DNA of 64,000 nt from a virus (taxonomy: Duplodnaviria; Heunggongvirae; Uroviricota; Caudoviricetes; Herelleviridae). The position numbers and the translations under genes were made by a program. This document shows, in pieces, positions 38,242 to 48,282 of this stretch. Location: the IMG/VR virus record IMGVR_UViG_2706796076_000001; one strand, written 5' to 3'. The notes beneath the pieces were generated by a model. The model ran no database searches. It saw nothing but the letters and a program-made list of their open reading frames with translations, and was not told where the DNA came from. The number at the start of each line of letters is the position of its first letter. Within the stretch, counting starts at the first letter, position 1.

Positions 38242-38499
38242 ATGACTTTTAAATATATAGTTTGGAATACAATAAACAAAGAATTCATTGATTATTGTGC
38301 TGTAGTTAATGTTGATTTAGTAGGTGGAAAAGAGCGTATCTACTTATCTGATTTTAGAATTAAGCATACAGATGTTTCAACAGAAGACTTTGAAAGTGAG
38401 TCTAGTTCAAATTCTATTGTATCATTATTAGAACATTCAAAAGTTAAAGGGAATGCTTATGAGTATAATGAGTTACTAAAAAGTATAAGGAGGATTTAA
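38242..38499 (+). CDS. hypothetical protein (85 aa)
   Basis: SD AAAGGAG. Confidence 0.45.
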   Translation: MTFKYIVWNTINKEFIDYCAVVNVDLVGGKERIYLSDFRIKHTDVSTEDFESESSSNSIVSLLEHSKVKGNAYEYNELLKSIRRI

Positions 38500-38500
38500 T

Positions 38501-39001
38501 ATGGATATAAATAAAGTAGATATAGGTTATTTTGAGTTTTTAAAAGAAAACTTTAATACTGACCTTATTGTAGAAGGTATTACTATATCTATATTTGCTA
38601 TTATTGTTTTTTCAATATTCTTTTTAAGTGTAGAAAAAATAAAATTATCTTCATCTTTTATACTTCATTCTATAGTTGTACCTCCATTAGTATTTGGTGT
38701 TACTATCTTTGGTTTAACAATGAATTATTTACTTGTCAAAGATAAAATTTATGAAACAAAAGGCTATACTAAAGTAACAGAAGTAGAAAACTTTAAACCA
38801 AAAGTAGATGATAGAGATGCAATAGAGCAAAAAATATACTTTAAAGATACTAAAAATGAATTGTATGTTATTAATTCTAGACATAGTAAAAACATAGAAT
38901 CAGGAGATAAAATTAATCTTGAAAATAATAAAAATATTAATATTGAGAACCATAAAATAAGAGATAATGATTTTTTAGATATTAGCATAATAAAAAAGTG
39001 A
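38501..39001 (+). CDS. membrane protein (2 TM)
   Basis: SD AAGGAGGA. TM helices in the N-terminal half. Confidence 0.45.
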   Translation: MDINKVDIGYFEFLKENFNTDLIVEGITISIFAIIVFSIFFLSVEKIKLSSSFILHSIVVPPLVFGVTIFGLTMNYLLVKDKIYETKGYTKVTEVENFKPKVDDRDAIEQKIYFKDTKNELYVINSRHSKNIESGDKINLENNKNINIENHKIRDNDFLDISIIKK

Positions 39002-39011
39002 GGTAATTATT

Positions 39012-39401
39012 TTGAATAAGGAAACATTAGAAAGTTTTAATCAATTAGGGGAAAAGTTAGAAAAAGTTGGTTCACATGGATATGAAAGTTTAATTAAGTA
39101 TACAGTTATGCAAGGGGTTATTGATTTAATCTCTATTATAACAATTTTAATTGTTACAATTATATCTTGGATTATTTTATATAAATCCTATAAAAAATGT
39201 GCTAAAAACCACGATACGATATTGTTCGAGGATTTATATGGTGTAAGTCCTACTGTATTAGGTTACGTAGTTATTGTTATTAGTGGTTCTTTTACTCTTA
39301 TTTTACTACTTGCTTTGATTGTTGGGCTTCCTATAAGTATTCAAGAAATAACAAACCCAGAAGGATACTTGATTAAAGACACAATAAATAACATAAAGTA
39401 A
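39012..39401 (+). CDS. membrane protein (TTG start, 2 TM)
   Basis: SD GTGAGG. Confidence 0.4.
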   Translation: MNKETLESFNQLGEKLEKVGSHGYESLIKYTVMQGVIDLISIITILIVTIISWIILYKSYKKCAKNHDTILFEDLYGVSPTVLGYVVIVISGSFTLILLLALIVGLPISIQEITNPEGYLIKDTINNIK

Positions 39402-39490
39402 AACAATGATATGAAAATATTTGACAAAAAAAGAAATTAAAGAATTAACATTTTTATCTAATAAATAATTTAAATAAAGGAGAATATTAA

Positions 39491-39886
39491 ATGAACATTA
39501 AACTTAGAGCGTGGGATAAAACAGAAAATAAAATGTGGAATGTAGAAACAATTTATATAGAAGATGAATGGGTTAAAGTTAATGACGGTTCGATATACGG
39601 AATTACAAAGGATTTAGTTAGAGATTATGTCTTAATGCAATCAACAGGCTTGAAAGACAAAAATGATACCGAAATTTATGAAGGGGATATTGTCGAATTT
39701 AAATACCCGTATGATAAGCGTATAAAGACGAAAGGCATTATTGTTTGGAACGATAATATAGCGTGTTTCGGAATAAGTATGAAAGAAACAACTGAACAAT
39801 ATGAATTATATAGAATAACAGCAGAAAATTATTTAACAGTGATTAGTAATAAATTTCAAAATCCAGAATTATTGGAGGATAATTAA
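39491..39886 (+). CDS. hypothetical protein (131 aa)
   Basis: SD AAAGGAGA. Confidence 0.5.
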   Translation: MNIKLRAWDKTENKMWNVETIYIEDEWVKVNDGSIYGITKDLVRDYVLMQSTGLKDKNDTEIYEGDIVEFKYPYDKRIKTKGIIVWNDNIACFGISMKETTEQYELYRITAENYLTVISNKFQNPELLEDN

Positions 39887-40204
39887 ATGGCAGAACCGAC
39901 ATTAGATGAATTAGTTGCATTTATGAAAAAGCATGGAGCAGAAAAAGTAGACAGTATCACTGATGAAAAGAGTGCAATTAAGCATTTTAGAGCAACTAGT
40001 AGAGTATATAAACAAGAACGTGACAGTTTACTTAAGCAACGTGATGAACTAATCAATGATATGGTAGAAATTAAAAAGAAGGCAGAGGCATACGACAAGA
40101 TAAAAGAGGCTGTTGACAATCAAAGGTTAAACGACTGTTCATTATATGATAACGATAGTTTTATAGATAGATTGCACCATGTGTTCGATGAAATGGGGGA
40201 GTAG
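39887..40204 (+). CDS. hypothetical protein (105 aa)
   Basis: Start ATG immediately after the upstream stop (TAAATG). SD TTGGAGGA. Confidence 0.5.
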   Translation: MAEPTLDELVAFMKKHGAEKVDSITDEKSAIKHFRATSRVYKQERDSLLKQRDELINDMVEIKKKAEAYDKIKEAVDNQRLNDCSLYDNDSFIDRLHHVFDEMGE

Positions 40205-40225
40205 GGAAACTTACTCCTTTTTTTA
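40198..40225 (+). terminator. rho-independent terminator
   Basis: GGAGTA-gggaaact-TACTCC followed by T7. Followed by TTGACA at 40234. Confidence 0.6.
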
Positions 40226-40293
40226 TTTAGCTGTTGACATTATAATTTTTATATGTTAAGATTGATTTAACAAGTAAAAAGGAGATTGATATT

Positions 40294-40587
40294 ATGGAAA
40301 AACAATTTGAAACGGAATTTGGTAACTATAAATTAACAGTATTAGGGAGTGAGTATATTAGAATCCTTAAAGTAACACCTATTGATAGAACAAAACCTCA
40401 TACAGATATTCACGGTTATGGTAAAAAAGATATGGATGTAGAAACGTATTTCAAAATTGGAACAAGTAGTCCTTGTGTTCTTGCATTAGAAGAAATGGAA
40501 GAACATATAAATACTTATAATGAAGCAGTAGAAGCAGTTAAGTATTTCAGAAAAGAACTAGTTAAAAATGGATTTGAAGTTGAATAA
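40294..40587 (+). CDS. hypothetical protein (97 aa)
   Basis: SD AAAAGGAGA. Confidence 0.5.
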   Translation: MEKQFETEFGNYKLTVLGSEYIRILKVTPIDRTKPHTDIHGYGKKDMDVETYFKIGTSSPCVLALEEMEEHINTYNEAVEAVKYFRKELVKNGFEVE

Positions 40588-40607
40588 GGAGTGTTAGTAA
40601 CACAATT

Positions 40608-40826
40608 ATGGTAGAAAGTAAATTAATGTATTTAAGAGAACCGATAGAAGTATTACTTAAGGAACTTTCCAATATTGTTAATTATAAAGAAGATTTTATA
40701 GCTCAATGTTGTAGTATAGATTCAACTATAGATACAGATTTGTACCAAAAACAATTAAAATTAATGGATAAATATATTAATATGTACTTAGATATAATTA
40801 ATATTATAAAAAACATGGAGGAATAA
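40608..40826 (+). CDS. hypothetical protein (72 aa)
   Basis: ORF in a tight array. Confidence 0.4.
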   Translation: MVESKLMYLREPIEVLLKELSNIVNYKEDFIAQCCSIDSTIDTDLYQKQLKLMDKYINMYLDIINIIKNMEE

Positions 40827-40829
40827 TAA

Positions 40830-41045
40830 ATGACTAATCAATTAACAGTAAATAAACTAGAAGGAATTATCAGACAACATTTACTTACAGCTTACCATCA
40901 ATATGGTTTTAACAGATATTTAGGTTGGGACATGGAAGATATTCTTATCGAAATTGATACATTAGAAAAATTAGTAAATGAAATTTGTGAAGTTAAAGGT
41001 GTAACAAAAGAACAATTTATATTAGGGAGAGATGATATTGACTAG
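40830..41045 (+). CDS. hypothetical protein (71 aa)
   Basis: SD ATGGAGGAA. Confidence 0.45.
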   Translation: MTNQLTVNKLEGIIRQHLLTAYHQYGFNRYLGWDMEDILIEIDTLEKLVNEICEVKGVTKEQFILGRDDID

Positions 41046-41088
41046 AGAACTAGAAATTAAATTACTTAACAAACAGGAGGAACAATAA

Positions 41089-41442
41089 ATGATTGAAAAC
41101 GCTAAAGGAATTACTACAAAAGAAATTAAAAAGCACATAGATACTAATAATCATTATTATTATGAAGATTTACATCAATTAGCAGGAGAACTGGTTTTAA
41201 AAGATACACATAATACTACACCTATTGTTAGATATTTAGGAGATTATCAAGGACAAATATTTTGTACTTTCAAATCTAAAGTAGATGGTGTTCCGGATAT
41301 AACGACATCGGATTTTTATGGTACATGTCCGCTTTGCGACACACTAGCTAATGTTTATACTGGTGATGATGTAAAAAACGATTTAGCAACTATGGTATTA
41401 CACATTATTCAATCAATGAGTGAAAAAATAGAAGAACACTAA
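41089..41442 (+). CDS. hypothetical protein (117 aa)
   Basis: SD ACAGGAGGAA. Confidence 0.5.
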   Translation: MIENAKGITTKEIKKHIDTNNHYYYEDLHQLAGELVLKDTHNTTPIVRYLGDYQGQIFCTFKSKVDGVPDITTSDFYGTCPLCDTLANVYTGDDVKNDLATMVLHIIQSMSEKIEEH

Positions 41443-41470
41443 ATAAATACTAAGTATGGAGTGAATATAG

Positions 41471-41869
41471 ATGTATAAAATTAATTATAAAGAATTTAAG
41501 GAAATAAAAAAACAATTGTTATATAAAAAAGTCAAGGAATGGACTGATAAAACATTAACTTTAGATGATGGTACTCTTGTAGAAATAGTAGAAAGTGAAC
41601 AAGATTGTTGTGCAAGTGCTGGTGGAGAATGGACTAATGTAAAACTAGATGCAGTTATTACAAATGTGAAAATAGAGAATGAGAGAGAACAACAAAAGTT
41701 TGATACATGGAGTGCTGAATCAGAAAGTTTGGCTACTGTTGTTTTATATCATAACCAAAACCCTATAGCACAAGGTGAATGTTATGCAGATGCAGGTAAT
41801 GGTGATTTTTATTACAGTATATGCTCGTTAAAAATAAAAGATATTCATTATCCAGTGGTGAAACATTAA
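41471..41869 (+). CDS. hypothetical protein (132 aa)
   Basis: SD ATGGAGTGA. Confidence 0.5.
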   Translation: MYKINYKEFKEIKKQLLYKKVKEWTDKTLTLDDGTLVEIVESEQDCCASAGGEWTNVKLDAVITNVKIENEREQQKFDTWSAESESLATVVLYHNQNPIAQGECYADAGNGDFYYSICSLKIKDIHYPVVKH

Positions 41870-41922
41870 TAAACTATAAATAGAATTTTAAATCAATTAT
41901 CAAAAGAAAGAGGTTTTAAAAG

Positions 41923-42126
41923 GTGAAAAACTTTGAGCAACCAACAATAAAAATATTAAAAAGATTATTTGACGGAAAAGATGAAACTAATATTCATATA
42001 TCTCGTCTGAACCTAGTAGATTATGAAGTTATTGAAATGATAACTAATTATAAACTTTCAGAAACTCATACAAGAAATCAACATTTTAGAGATGTAGTGA
42101 CTTTGAAATTTAAAAAGAAAGAGTAA
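41923..42126 (+). CDS. hypothetical protein (67 aa)
   Basis: SD AAGAGG. Confidence 0.45.
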   Translation: MKNFEQPTIKILKRLFDGKDETNIHISRLNLVDYEVIEMITNYKLSETHTRNQHFRDVVTLKFKKKE

Positions 42127-42137
42127 GGAGGTAAATT

Positions 42138-42407
42138 ATGATTAAAAGAGCAAAAAAGAAACCAGTAGAAATTGAATACATTCAGTATAAAGGAACTAAG
42201 GAAAGTAAACAAGAGATTTTTTATTGGACTAAAGGTAAAGCTCATGAATTCTATGATTTAACTACCTTTGATATTCGTTATGGTATTGATACACTAGAAG
42301 GTACTTTAGTAGTATTTGAAGACGATTATGTTGTAAAAGGTGTACAAGGTGAGTTTTATGCAGTCAAGCCTGATATTTTTAAACAAACGTATGATTTTAT
42401 AAATTAA
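42138..42407 (+). CDS. hypothetical protein (89 aa)
   Basis: SD TAAGGAGG. Confidence 0.5.
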   Translation: MIKRAKKKPVEIEYIQYKGTKESKQEIFYWTKGKAHEFYDLTTFDIRYGIDTLEGTLVVFEDDYVVKGVQGEFYAVKPDIFKQTYDFIN

Positions 42408-42418
42408 GGAGATATATT

Positions 42419-42832
42419 ATGGTAAAAATTAAAAGAGAAGTAGAAATGACATTTCCAGAGTTGATTGAATATGGATTAGAAAATGGAATAAAGAATAGAA
42501 GATTTACAAGCAATCGTTTGAACTCTAAATATGTAAGTTTCGATGCACTTGGAGGGGTGTATTTTAATAATCTCTATTCTTATCTACTAGAAGATACTTT
42601 CACAGTAGAAGTTGAAGAAGAAATTACAAAAGATACAAAGCTAGATTCTGTCTTAGAAATATATACAAATTTAGATTACACAAAATCAAAATTTCCGGAT
42701 ATTCATAAATCTGTAAGTATTAATGATATTCTAGGGTACACTTCTAACCGTATTGTTACTAAATGTATATATTTAGTTAATGAAGATGATACAATGACAC
42801 TCATTTGGAAAGATGGAGAATTGGTAAAATAA
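42419..42832 (+). CDS. hypothetical protein (137 aa)
   Basis: SD TTAAGGAGA. Confidence 0.5.
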   Translation: MVKIKREVEMTFPELIEYGLENGIKNRRFTSNRLNSKYVSFDALGGVYFNNLYSYLLEDTFTVEVEEEITKDTKLDSVLEIYTNLDYTKSKFPDIHKSVSINDILGYTSNRIVTKCIYLVNEDDTMTLIWKDGELVK

Positions 42833-42850
42833 ATAATGTTTAAATAACAA

Positions 42851-42884
42851 ATAACCTTTACTAATATGTAAAGGTTATTTTTAT
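42851..42884 (+). terminator. rho-independent terminator
   Basis: ATAACCTTTAC-taatat-GTAAAGGTTAT followed by TTTTTAT. Confidence 0.75.
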
Positions 42885-42998
42885 ACCTACACAAAGCTTA
42901 TGTAAGAAGCATACAGAATATCTAATAAATTTTAGGTATAAATGTACCTAAATAATAAAACAACGCTATAAAGCTCTAAAAACACTTAAAAATAACTA

Positions 42999-43027
42999 TT
43001 GACAACTGTATAAATATAGTGTATATT
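42999..43027 (+). promoter_or_regulatory. sigma70-like promoter
   Basis: TTGACA, a 17-nt spacer, then TATATT with upstream TG. Confidence 0.5.
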
Positions 43028-43063
43028 ATAAATATACTTAATATAAAGGAAAAGGTGATTAGA

Positions 43064-43465
43064 ATGGCTAGTTTAGATTATGGTGTTCTTGTTATTAAAA
43101 AAGAGAATAATGATAAGTGTGCTTGGTTTTCTCAAAACCCTATTCCAATAGAAATTGAGAATAGGAAAGCATATTTATATAAAAACACTTTAAGTTTTGA
43201 TAATAAAAACCATTATCCTATCTTAGAATACATGTTTGAAGAAACTCCTAAACGTTGGCAAGACACGACTAGAATATTTAGTATTAAAAATGGTTATGCA
43301 AAGTCAAGGTTTAAAGACCAGGCTATTGAAACAGAAATACATTTAGGAAATGGTATTAAGTACTTTATACTTCAAGGTTATGACATTCATTTAAAGAAAT
43401 GGTATAAACATTCTACAAAAGTAAATATTAAGAAATTCGTTCGTAGATATGTTAATATAAATTAA
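43064..43465 (+). CDS. hypothetical protein (~133 aa; ORF open from 43019)
   Basis: SD AAAAGGTGA before ATG 43064. Confidence 0.45.
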   Translation: MASLDYGVLVIKKENNDKCAWFSQNPIPIEIENRKAYLYKNTLSFDNKNHYPILEYMFEETPKRWQDTTRIFSIKNGYAKSRFKDQAIETEIHLGNGIKYFILQGYDIHLKKWYKHSTKVNIKKFVRRYVNIN

Positions 43466-43477
43466 GGAGAGGTAATT

Positions 43478-43678
43478 ATGAATAATAAACAAATTAAAAA
43501 TTTACATGATAAAGCAAATAAAGTAGTAAGTAAATCAGAAAATATTGATGACTTAAGTTATGTTCAGGCACATAAAATTATTAAAGAGTATCTTGATTTA
43601 CCAGTTTCTAATTCTGAAAAAAGAGATGTAATGACTGAACTATTTCTAGCATTAGAGAAAGCTAATAAAATAATTTAG
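43478..43678 (+). CDS. hypothetical protein (66 aa)
   Basis: SD AAGGAGAGG. Confidence 0.45.
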   Translation: MNNKQIKNLHDKANKVVSKSENIDDLSYVQAHKIIKEYLDLPVSNSEKRDVMTELFLALEKANKII

Positions 43679-43709
43679 TTGATATTTAAAAAATTAAGGA
43701 GAATATAGT

Positions 43710-44126
43710 ATGAGTAAATTAAAAAGTATTATTTTAACATTTGAAAATTGCGATAGTATGGAAATACAATCAAAATATATTAGAGGTCTTCATATTAAAG
43801 GTATTTCTGATAGTATTGAGCATTTAAATTATGAAGACGAGGAAGTAGAAACGTATAAAAGTGCACAAGATATTTACTTTATTGTAAAAAAATCGACAAA
43901 ATTACGATATAACCCTTTTAATTTTGAAAATGAGGAAGTAATATTCAATAGACTTACTGAATTTGATGATATTACTCATGTTACATTAGTATATTCTGAC
44001 GAATCAAGACAAACAATAGCTGTTCCTTATGAAGAGAGGTACGGTGGTGATAATAACTATCAATCATATACCTATATACATGGTTTTGACGAATTAATCA
44101 TTAATATAAAAGAGGAGGAGAAGTAG
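43710..44126 (+). CDS. hypothetical protein (138 aa)
   Basis: SD TAAGGAGAA. Confidence 0.5.
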   Translation: MSKLKSIILTFENCDSMEIQSKYIRGLHIKGISDSIEHLNYEDEEVETYKSAQDIYFIVKKSTKLRYNPFNFENEEVIFNRLTEFDDITHVTLVYSDESRQTIAVPYEERYGGDNNYQSYTYIHGFDELIINIKEEEK

Positions 44127-44128
44127 TT

Positions 44129-44365
44129 ATGAGTAATAAAATTGATTATGATAAAGTTATGCAAGTATTAAAAAATAGTAAGTATGATATAAATATTTGG
44201 GATATTATGACTGAGTTTGATAGTAAAGAAGATGAAGAAGTTTTAGATGTAATAGAAGAATATAGAGATGAATTTGACAAATTTCTAGATAAATCGTTAT
44301 CACATATTATGGAAAGATTAGCTTTAAGAATTGCGTTTGCTACTGTTGGAGATGATAAAAACTAA
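44129..44365 (+). CDS. hypothetical acidic protein (78 aa)
   Basis: SD AGAGGAGGAG. Confidence 0.5.
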   Translation: MSNKIDYDKVMQVLKNSKYDINIWDIMTEFDSKEDEEVLDVIEEYRDEFDKFLDKSLSHIMERLALRIAFATVGDDKN

Positions 44366-44380
44366 GGAGTGAATAGTATT

Positions 44381-44824
44381 ATGGTAAAAAGAATTAAAAA
44401 TGAAGTTTATAGTGCTTTTGGAGAGTATATCGTTAATGATAATTCTGATTTCTTAAACGAAGAACAATTAGAAATTGCTAAAGAACATAGACCTTATTTA
44501 AAAAAGCTAATTAAAAAATGGAAGAGAGAAAGATGTATTCATAGTATTAAAGCTTTCTTTTTAAAAATTCCTGAGTATATATTAGAAGGCATTTATACTA
44601 TTTTCAACATTATAGCTCTACCATTCGTTTTTCTAGCTGATAAGTGCGATGATTTAAGAGTAAAATATGGTAATAGTGTAGGCAATAGAATTAAATTATC
44701 TAAAAATAGAAGAAAAATAAATGATTATGCTTATAATACTGTATTACCTTTATTAATGGAAAAAGAAAAAGACGATGGGTTATACCAAAAACAAATGGAT
44801 TATGTAAAAAATAAAAGGAAGTAA
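44381..44824 (+). CDS. hypothetical protein with internal TM (start uncertain; ORF open from 44369)
   Basis: SD TAAGGAGTGA. Confidence 0.4.
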   Translation: MVKRIKNEVYSAFGEYIVNDNSDFLNEEQLEIAKEHRPYLKKLIKKWKRERCIHSIKAFFLKIPEYILEGIYTIFNIIALPFVFLADKCDDLRVKYGNSVGNRIKLSKNRRKINDYAYNTVLPLLMEKEKDDGLYQKQMDYVKNKRK

Positions 44825-44842
44825 CATAAAGGAGAATGAATA

Positions 44843-45181
44843 ATGACTAATGTTTGGAAAGAAGTTATTTACGATACTTTAACTGAAGATGAAGCAAAGG
44901 AAGATAATAAAAAAATAATTAAATATGATGATGTAATGACTTCTTCTATCATCATAGAAAAAAATAAGAATATACTTAAAACAGCAAAAACTGAAGATGG
45001 TTATTTAGCACTTATCATTGAAAATGGATATGAGAATAGTAGAGATGTGGTTTATAATAATGCAGAACCTATCGTAAACCATAGAGAATTTGAAAGAATT
45101 TGTCTTGAATTTTCTGGTTTAGAAGAAATTAAAAAAGTAAGCAATTTAATAGATGAACTGATTAAAGTGGCAAATAGATAA
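44843..45181 (+). CDS. hypothetical protein (112 aa)
   Basis: SD AAAGGAGAA. Confidence 0.5.
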   Translation: MTNVWKEVIYDTLTEDEAKEDNKKIIKYDDVMTSSIIIEKNKNILKTAKTEDGYLALIIENGYENSRDVVYNNAEPIVNHREFERICLEFSGLEEIKKVSNLIDELIKVANR

Positions 45182-45201
45182 AAAGTAAAGGAGAATGGAT
45201 A

Positions 45202-45645
45202 ATGACTATTGATATTAAAGAATTAATAAATAAAAACAAAAAGGAAGAATTAGAACATACAAAAGAACTATTATCTCTATTTGTGTCAGATTTAGATTTT
45301 AGTATACGTGAAACGTTGAAAAATAATGATTACAGCTATAGTTTTACTAATATACTTCGTGCAACTATTAATGATAAGCATTTAATTCAGAAGTATAAAG
45401 CATTAGTAGAGAGATTACATTTGTTTAACAAGTCTGATATAAGTACTATTATGTCTATAAACATAGATGGTGCAACTTTTGAAATTGAAGATTTCTTTTC
45501 AAATTACGATAACGATATTGCAGATGCCTTTTACCTTTTCTTTAAAGTAAAACATCATGAATATAATATAGAACATATAAGTATTAGTTTCCTAGAATAT
45601 AGAAATAAACTATCAGAACCTAAGATTGGTATGTATTTAAGCTAA
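45202..45645 (+). CDS. hypothetical protein (147 aa)
   Basis: SD AAAGGAGAA. Confidence 0.5.
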   Translation: MTIDIKELINKNKKEELEHTKELLSLFVSDLDFSIRETLKNNDYSYSFTNILRATINDKHLIQKYKALVERLHLFNKSDISTIMSINIDGATFEIEDFFSNYDNDIADAFYLFFKVKHHEYNIEHISISFLEYRNKLSEPKIGMYLS

Positions 45646-45658
45646 AGGAGAGGTGGTA

Positions 45659-46051
45659 ATGGAATTTAAAGTGTTTGACGCTTTAGTAGATAAGGTTAAA
45701 GAGTTAGGTAATATACAAACTGAAACAATGCGTGAACAAGGATTTAAAATTAAATATCGAGATTGCCAGCTAGGTGACATAATCCCCTCTGGGATTAATG
45801 TCCTCTATAAAGGTGAGGTTATTGCATTTATCACACATGGTCATTATGCAGGTGTTCTTAGTCATAAAATGAATACTGATTATGAAAAATATAAACATTG
45901 TGAAACGTTAATGGATTTTTTACATTATTGCCTAAAAGAACATTTAGATACTCAAAAAAGAATTGAAAAACGTGAGAAAGAAAGAGATAGAAAAGAAAGA
46001 ATAGAAGCTAGAGATAGAGAAATAAAATTGAATAACTTTATAGATAGTTAA
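45659..46051 (+). CDS. hypothetical protein (~130 aa) with basic coiled-coil C-terminus
   Basis: SD AAAGGAGAGGTGG before ATG 45659. Last plus-strand gene before the strand switch. Confidence 0.5.
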   Translation: MEFKVFDALVDKVKELGNIQTETMREQGFKIKYRDCQLGDIIPSGINVLYKGEVIAFITHGHYAGVLSHKMNTDYEKYKHCETLMDFLHYCLKEHLDTQKRIEKREKERDRKERIEARDREIKLNNFIDS

Positions 46052-46387
46052 AAAAGGAGCTGTTAAGATAACGCCAAGAATATTCCCTAACTAGTATTGG
46101 GTTAATATATAATACAGGAGAAGAAAAATGGTTTGATACTGCAAATGAAGGTGTAGAAGATAATAGTTATCAGAGAGTTAACTATAACGAAGAATATAAT
46201 ATATTAGAAGTCATTGTACGTAAATCAAATAATAAATAAAATTAATAATAACAATAAAAAATAACATAAGTAAAGCCCTTTATATATGAGTATAAACAAT
46301 ATAGAGGATTTATTAATAAGTAATATAATAATAAAGAAATAATAGGTAGTAAGTAATAGAGGTAGTAATAAAGTAATATGTAAGAGT

Positions 46388-46996
46388 AAGAATAAAAGGA
46401 AATAAGAAAAGAAAAGAGAAACTAATTACTTATTAATATATAAATAAAACTCCTATTCTTTGTATTATTACTCTTTGATTATTAAAAAGGAGGGATAAAG
46501 TATACAGATATATATATATATATATAGATAAAAAAATAGAAGAAATCTATATAGTATAAATAAGGAAAAATTAGTAAAAGTATAGAGAAAAAAGAAAAAA
46601 GAAAAAAGATAAACCAATTACCCTAGGACTTTTTTGTCTGTCCTATTCGTTGTCTTGACCTGTTTTGACGTTACCTGTTTAAGAATAAAAGGAAATAAGA
46701 AAAGAAAAGAGAAACTTAATTAACTTATTAATATATAAATAAAACTCCTATTCTTTGTATTATTACTCTTTGATTATTAAAAAGGAGGGATAAAGTATAC
46801 AGATATATATATATATATATAGATAAAAAAATAGAAGAAATCTATATAGTATAAATAAGGAAAAATTAGTAAAAGTATAGAAGAAAAAAGAAAAAAGAAA
46901 AAAGAAAAAAGAAAAAAGAAAAAAGTAAACCAATTACCCTAGGACTTTTTTGTCTGTCCTATTCGTTGTCTTGACCTGTTTTGACGTTACCTGTTT
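46388..46996. repeat. Perfectly abutting tandem duplication of a ~300-bp unit (copy 1 46388-46680, copy 2 46681-46996) with variable internal (TA)n and (GAAAAAA)n microsatellites
   Basis: The copies are nearly identical apart from (TA) 9 vs 10, GAAAAAA x3 vs x6 and small indels. Each unit carries TTAAAAAGGAGGGATAAAG and ends TTGTCTTGACCTGTTTTGACGTTACCTGTTT. It sits in a 1.1-kb ORF-free region. Confidence 0.9.
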
Positions 46997-47071
46997 ACTA
47001 TAATTTATTTATATTACTACTACAATATACTTAAACATTACATTACTATTGTATACAACTTAATAATAAAC

Positions 47072-47108
47072 AAAAAAAAATACCGCTTCTATATTACTGA
47101 AGCGGTAC
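47072..47108 (-). terminator. rho-independent terminator for the minus-strand gene block (TACCGCTTC-loop-GAAGCGGTA)
   Basis: On the plus strand A9 precedes the hairpin, which reads as hairpin + U-run on the minus strand. It lies downstream of gene 47182..47448(-). Confidence 0.65.
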
Positions 47109-47181
47109 TCAACTATTCTGATATACTATTCAATTGTTCTAATATATAGTTAAACTATGCTAATGTATAGTCCATGTAGTA

Positions 47182-47448
47182 CTAACTGTATTCTATCTTA
47201 ATATTATAGTTACCTTTTTTACTTACTAGATTAAATCCAAACTCTTCTATTTCTTCTAGTGTTATAGGCTCAGAGAAATATAATTCAGGCTTTTTTGAGT
47301 TAGTATCAAGTAACATGACATTATATATGCTTTCATAATTACTGGTATCTTCTTTAATTATAAAGCCATACATATCTAAATCACTATCATATAATAAATC
47401 TCCATCTTGTAATGGTATAGTACTTTTCTTTTTTACTACTTCAATCAT
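47182..47448 (-). CDS. hypothetical protein (88 aa), paralog of 47467..47727
   Basis: Shared motifs MIE...GDL..D......G..IK.D.......IYNV.LLDT with the adjacent gene. Confidence 0.55.
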   Translation of the reverse strand: MIEVVKKKSTIPLQDGDLLYDSDLDMYGFIIKEDTSNYESIYNVMLLDTNSKKPELYFSEPITLEEIEEFGFNLVSKKGNYNIKIEYS

Positions 47449-47466
47449 TATTTATACCTCCTTATA

Positions 47467-47727
47467 CTAATACTCTATATTAAGTTTATAGTTATTTTTC
47501 TTTTGTATTACAGTAAAGTCTTTTGATATATCATATAATGTTTTAGGTTCTAGGTATAGTAAACTGTGTTCTTCATTTATTGTATCTAGTATTAGTACAT
47601 TATAAATACTTGAAGTACTATTAAAGTCTTGTTTAATTACAATACCTATATCACCTGTATAATCGTCTTGCACTAAATCCCCTACATTAACACTTTCTTC
47701 TCCTGTAACTTTATTAAGTTCAATCAT
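47467..47727 (-). CDS. hypothetical protein (86 aa), tandem paralog
   Basis: Paralog of the previous gene. Confidence 0.55.
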   Translation of the reverse strand: MIELNKVTGEESVNVGDLVQDDYTGDIGIVIKQDFNSTSSIYNVLILDTINEEHSLLYLEPKTLYDISKDFTVIQKKNNYKLNIEY

Positions 47728-47802
47728 TATGTAACTCCTCCTTATTTATTATACTATAAGTATATCATAGAAAAGACCTCCTGTCAAGAGGTCTAGTAAT
47801 TA

Positions 47803-48141
47803 TTATTCAAAATATTTATTTATTTTTTCAAGTGTGTTTTCTCTTTCTTCTTCCGCTTCAATGTACTTAAAATAGTATACATCAATTAAATCATAGATAT
47901 TATCTTGAGAGAATAAAACTTTTTCAAATTCATTTCTTTCTTCCTCTTTACTTAAATCTACTACTTCTACTTGAATATTATCTCTGTATAATAGCAATAT
48001 ACCTTTATTAAAACTATTATAAGTTACACTATAGTGTTCACTTACTAGGTATGTTATTGACGTAACTCTATTTGCTTCTTTAGTTCCTTCATTTCCTTTA
48101 AGTTGAATGTATTGTACAAAATCATCTAATGTAAATTCCAT
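47803..48141 (-). CDS. hypothetical protein (112 aa), member of a small paralog family with 49044 and 49503
   Basis: MEF..DDF..YI.. N-terminus and ...IYDLIDVYY motif, shared with the (+) genes 49044 and 49503. Confidence 0.5.
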   Translation of the reverse strand: MEFTLDDFVQYIQLKGNEGTKEANRVTSITYLVSEHYSVTYNSFNKGILLLYRDNIQVEVVDLSKEEERNEFEKVLFSQDNIYDLIDVYYFKYIEAEEERENTLEKINKYFE

Positions 48142-48282
48142 ATTATTCCTCCTTATTGATTATACTACTATTATAGCATAAGTAATATTAGTTGTCAAGT
48201 AAATTATTTTATTAAAAGGTATTGACACTTGATAAATAATAGTGTAGTATATAGATATACTTAATAAAAGGAGAAGATATTA

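Noticed and set aside
46388-46996. Possible CRISPR array
   Set aside because: There are only two copies of a ~300-bp unit, far longer than CRISPR repeats. There are no spacers of regular length and no cas genes.
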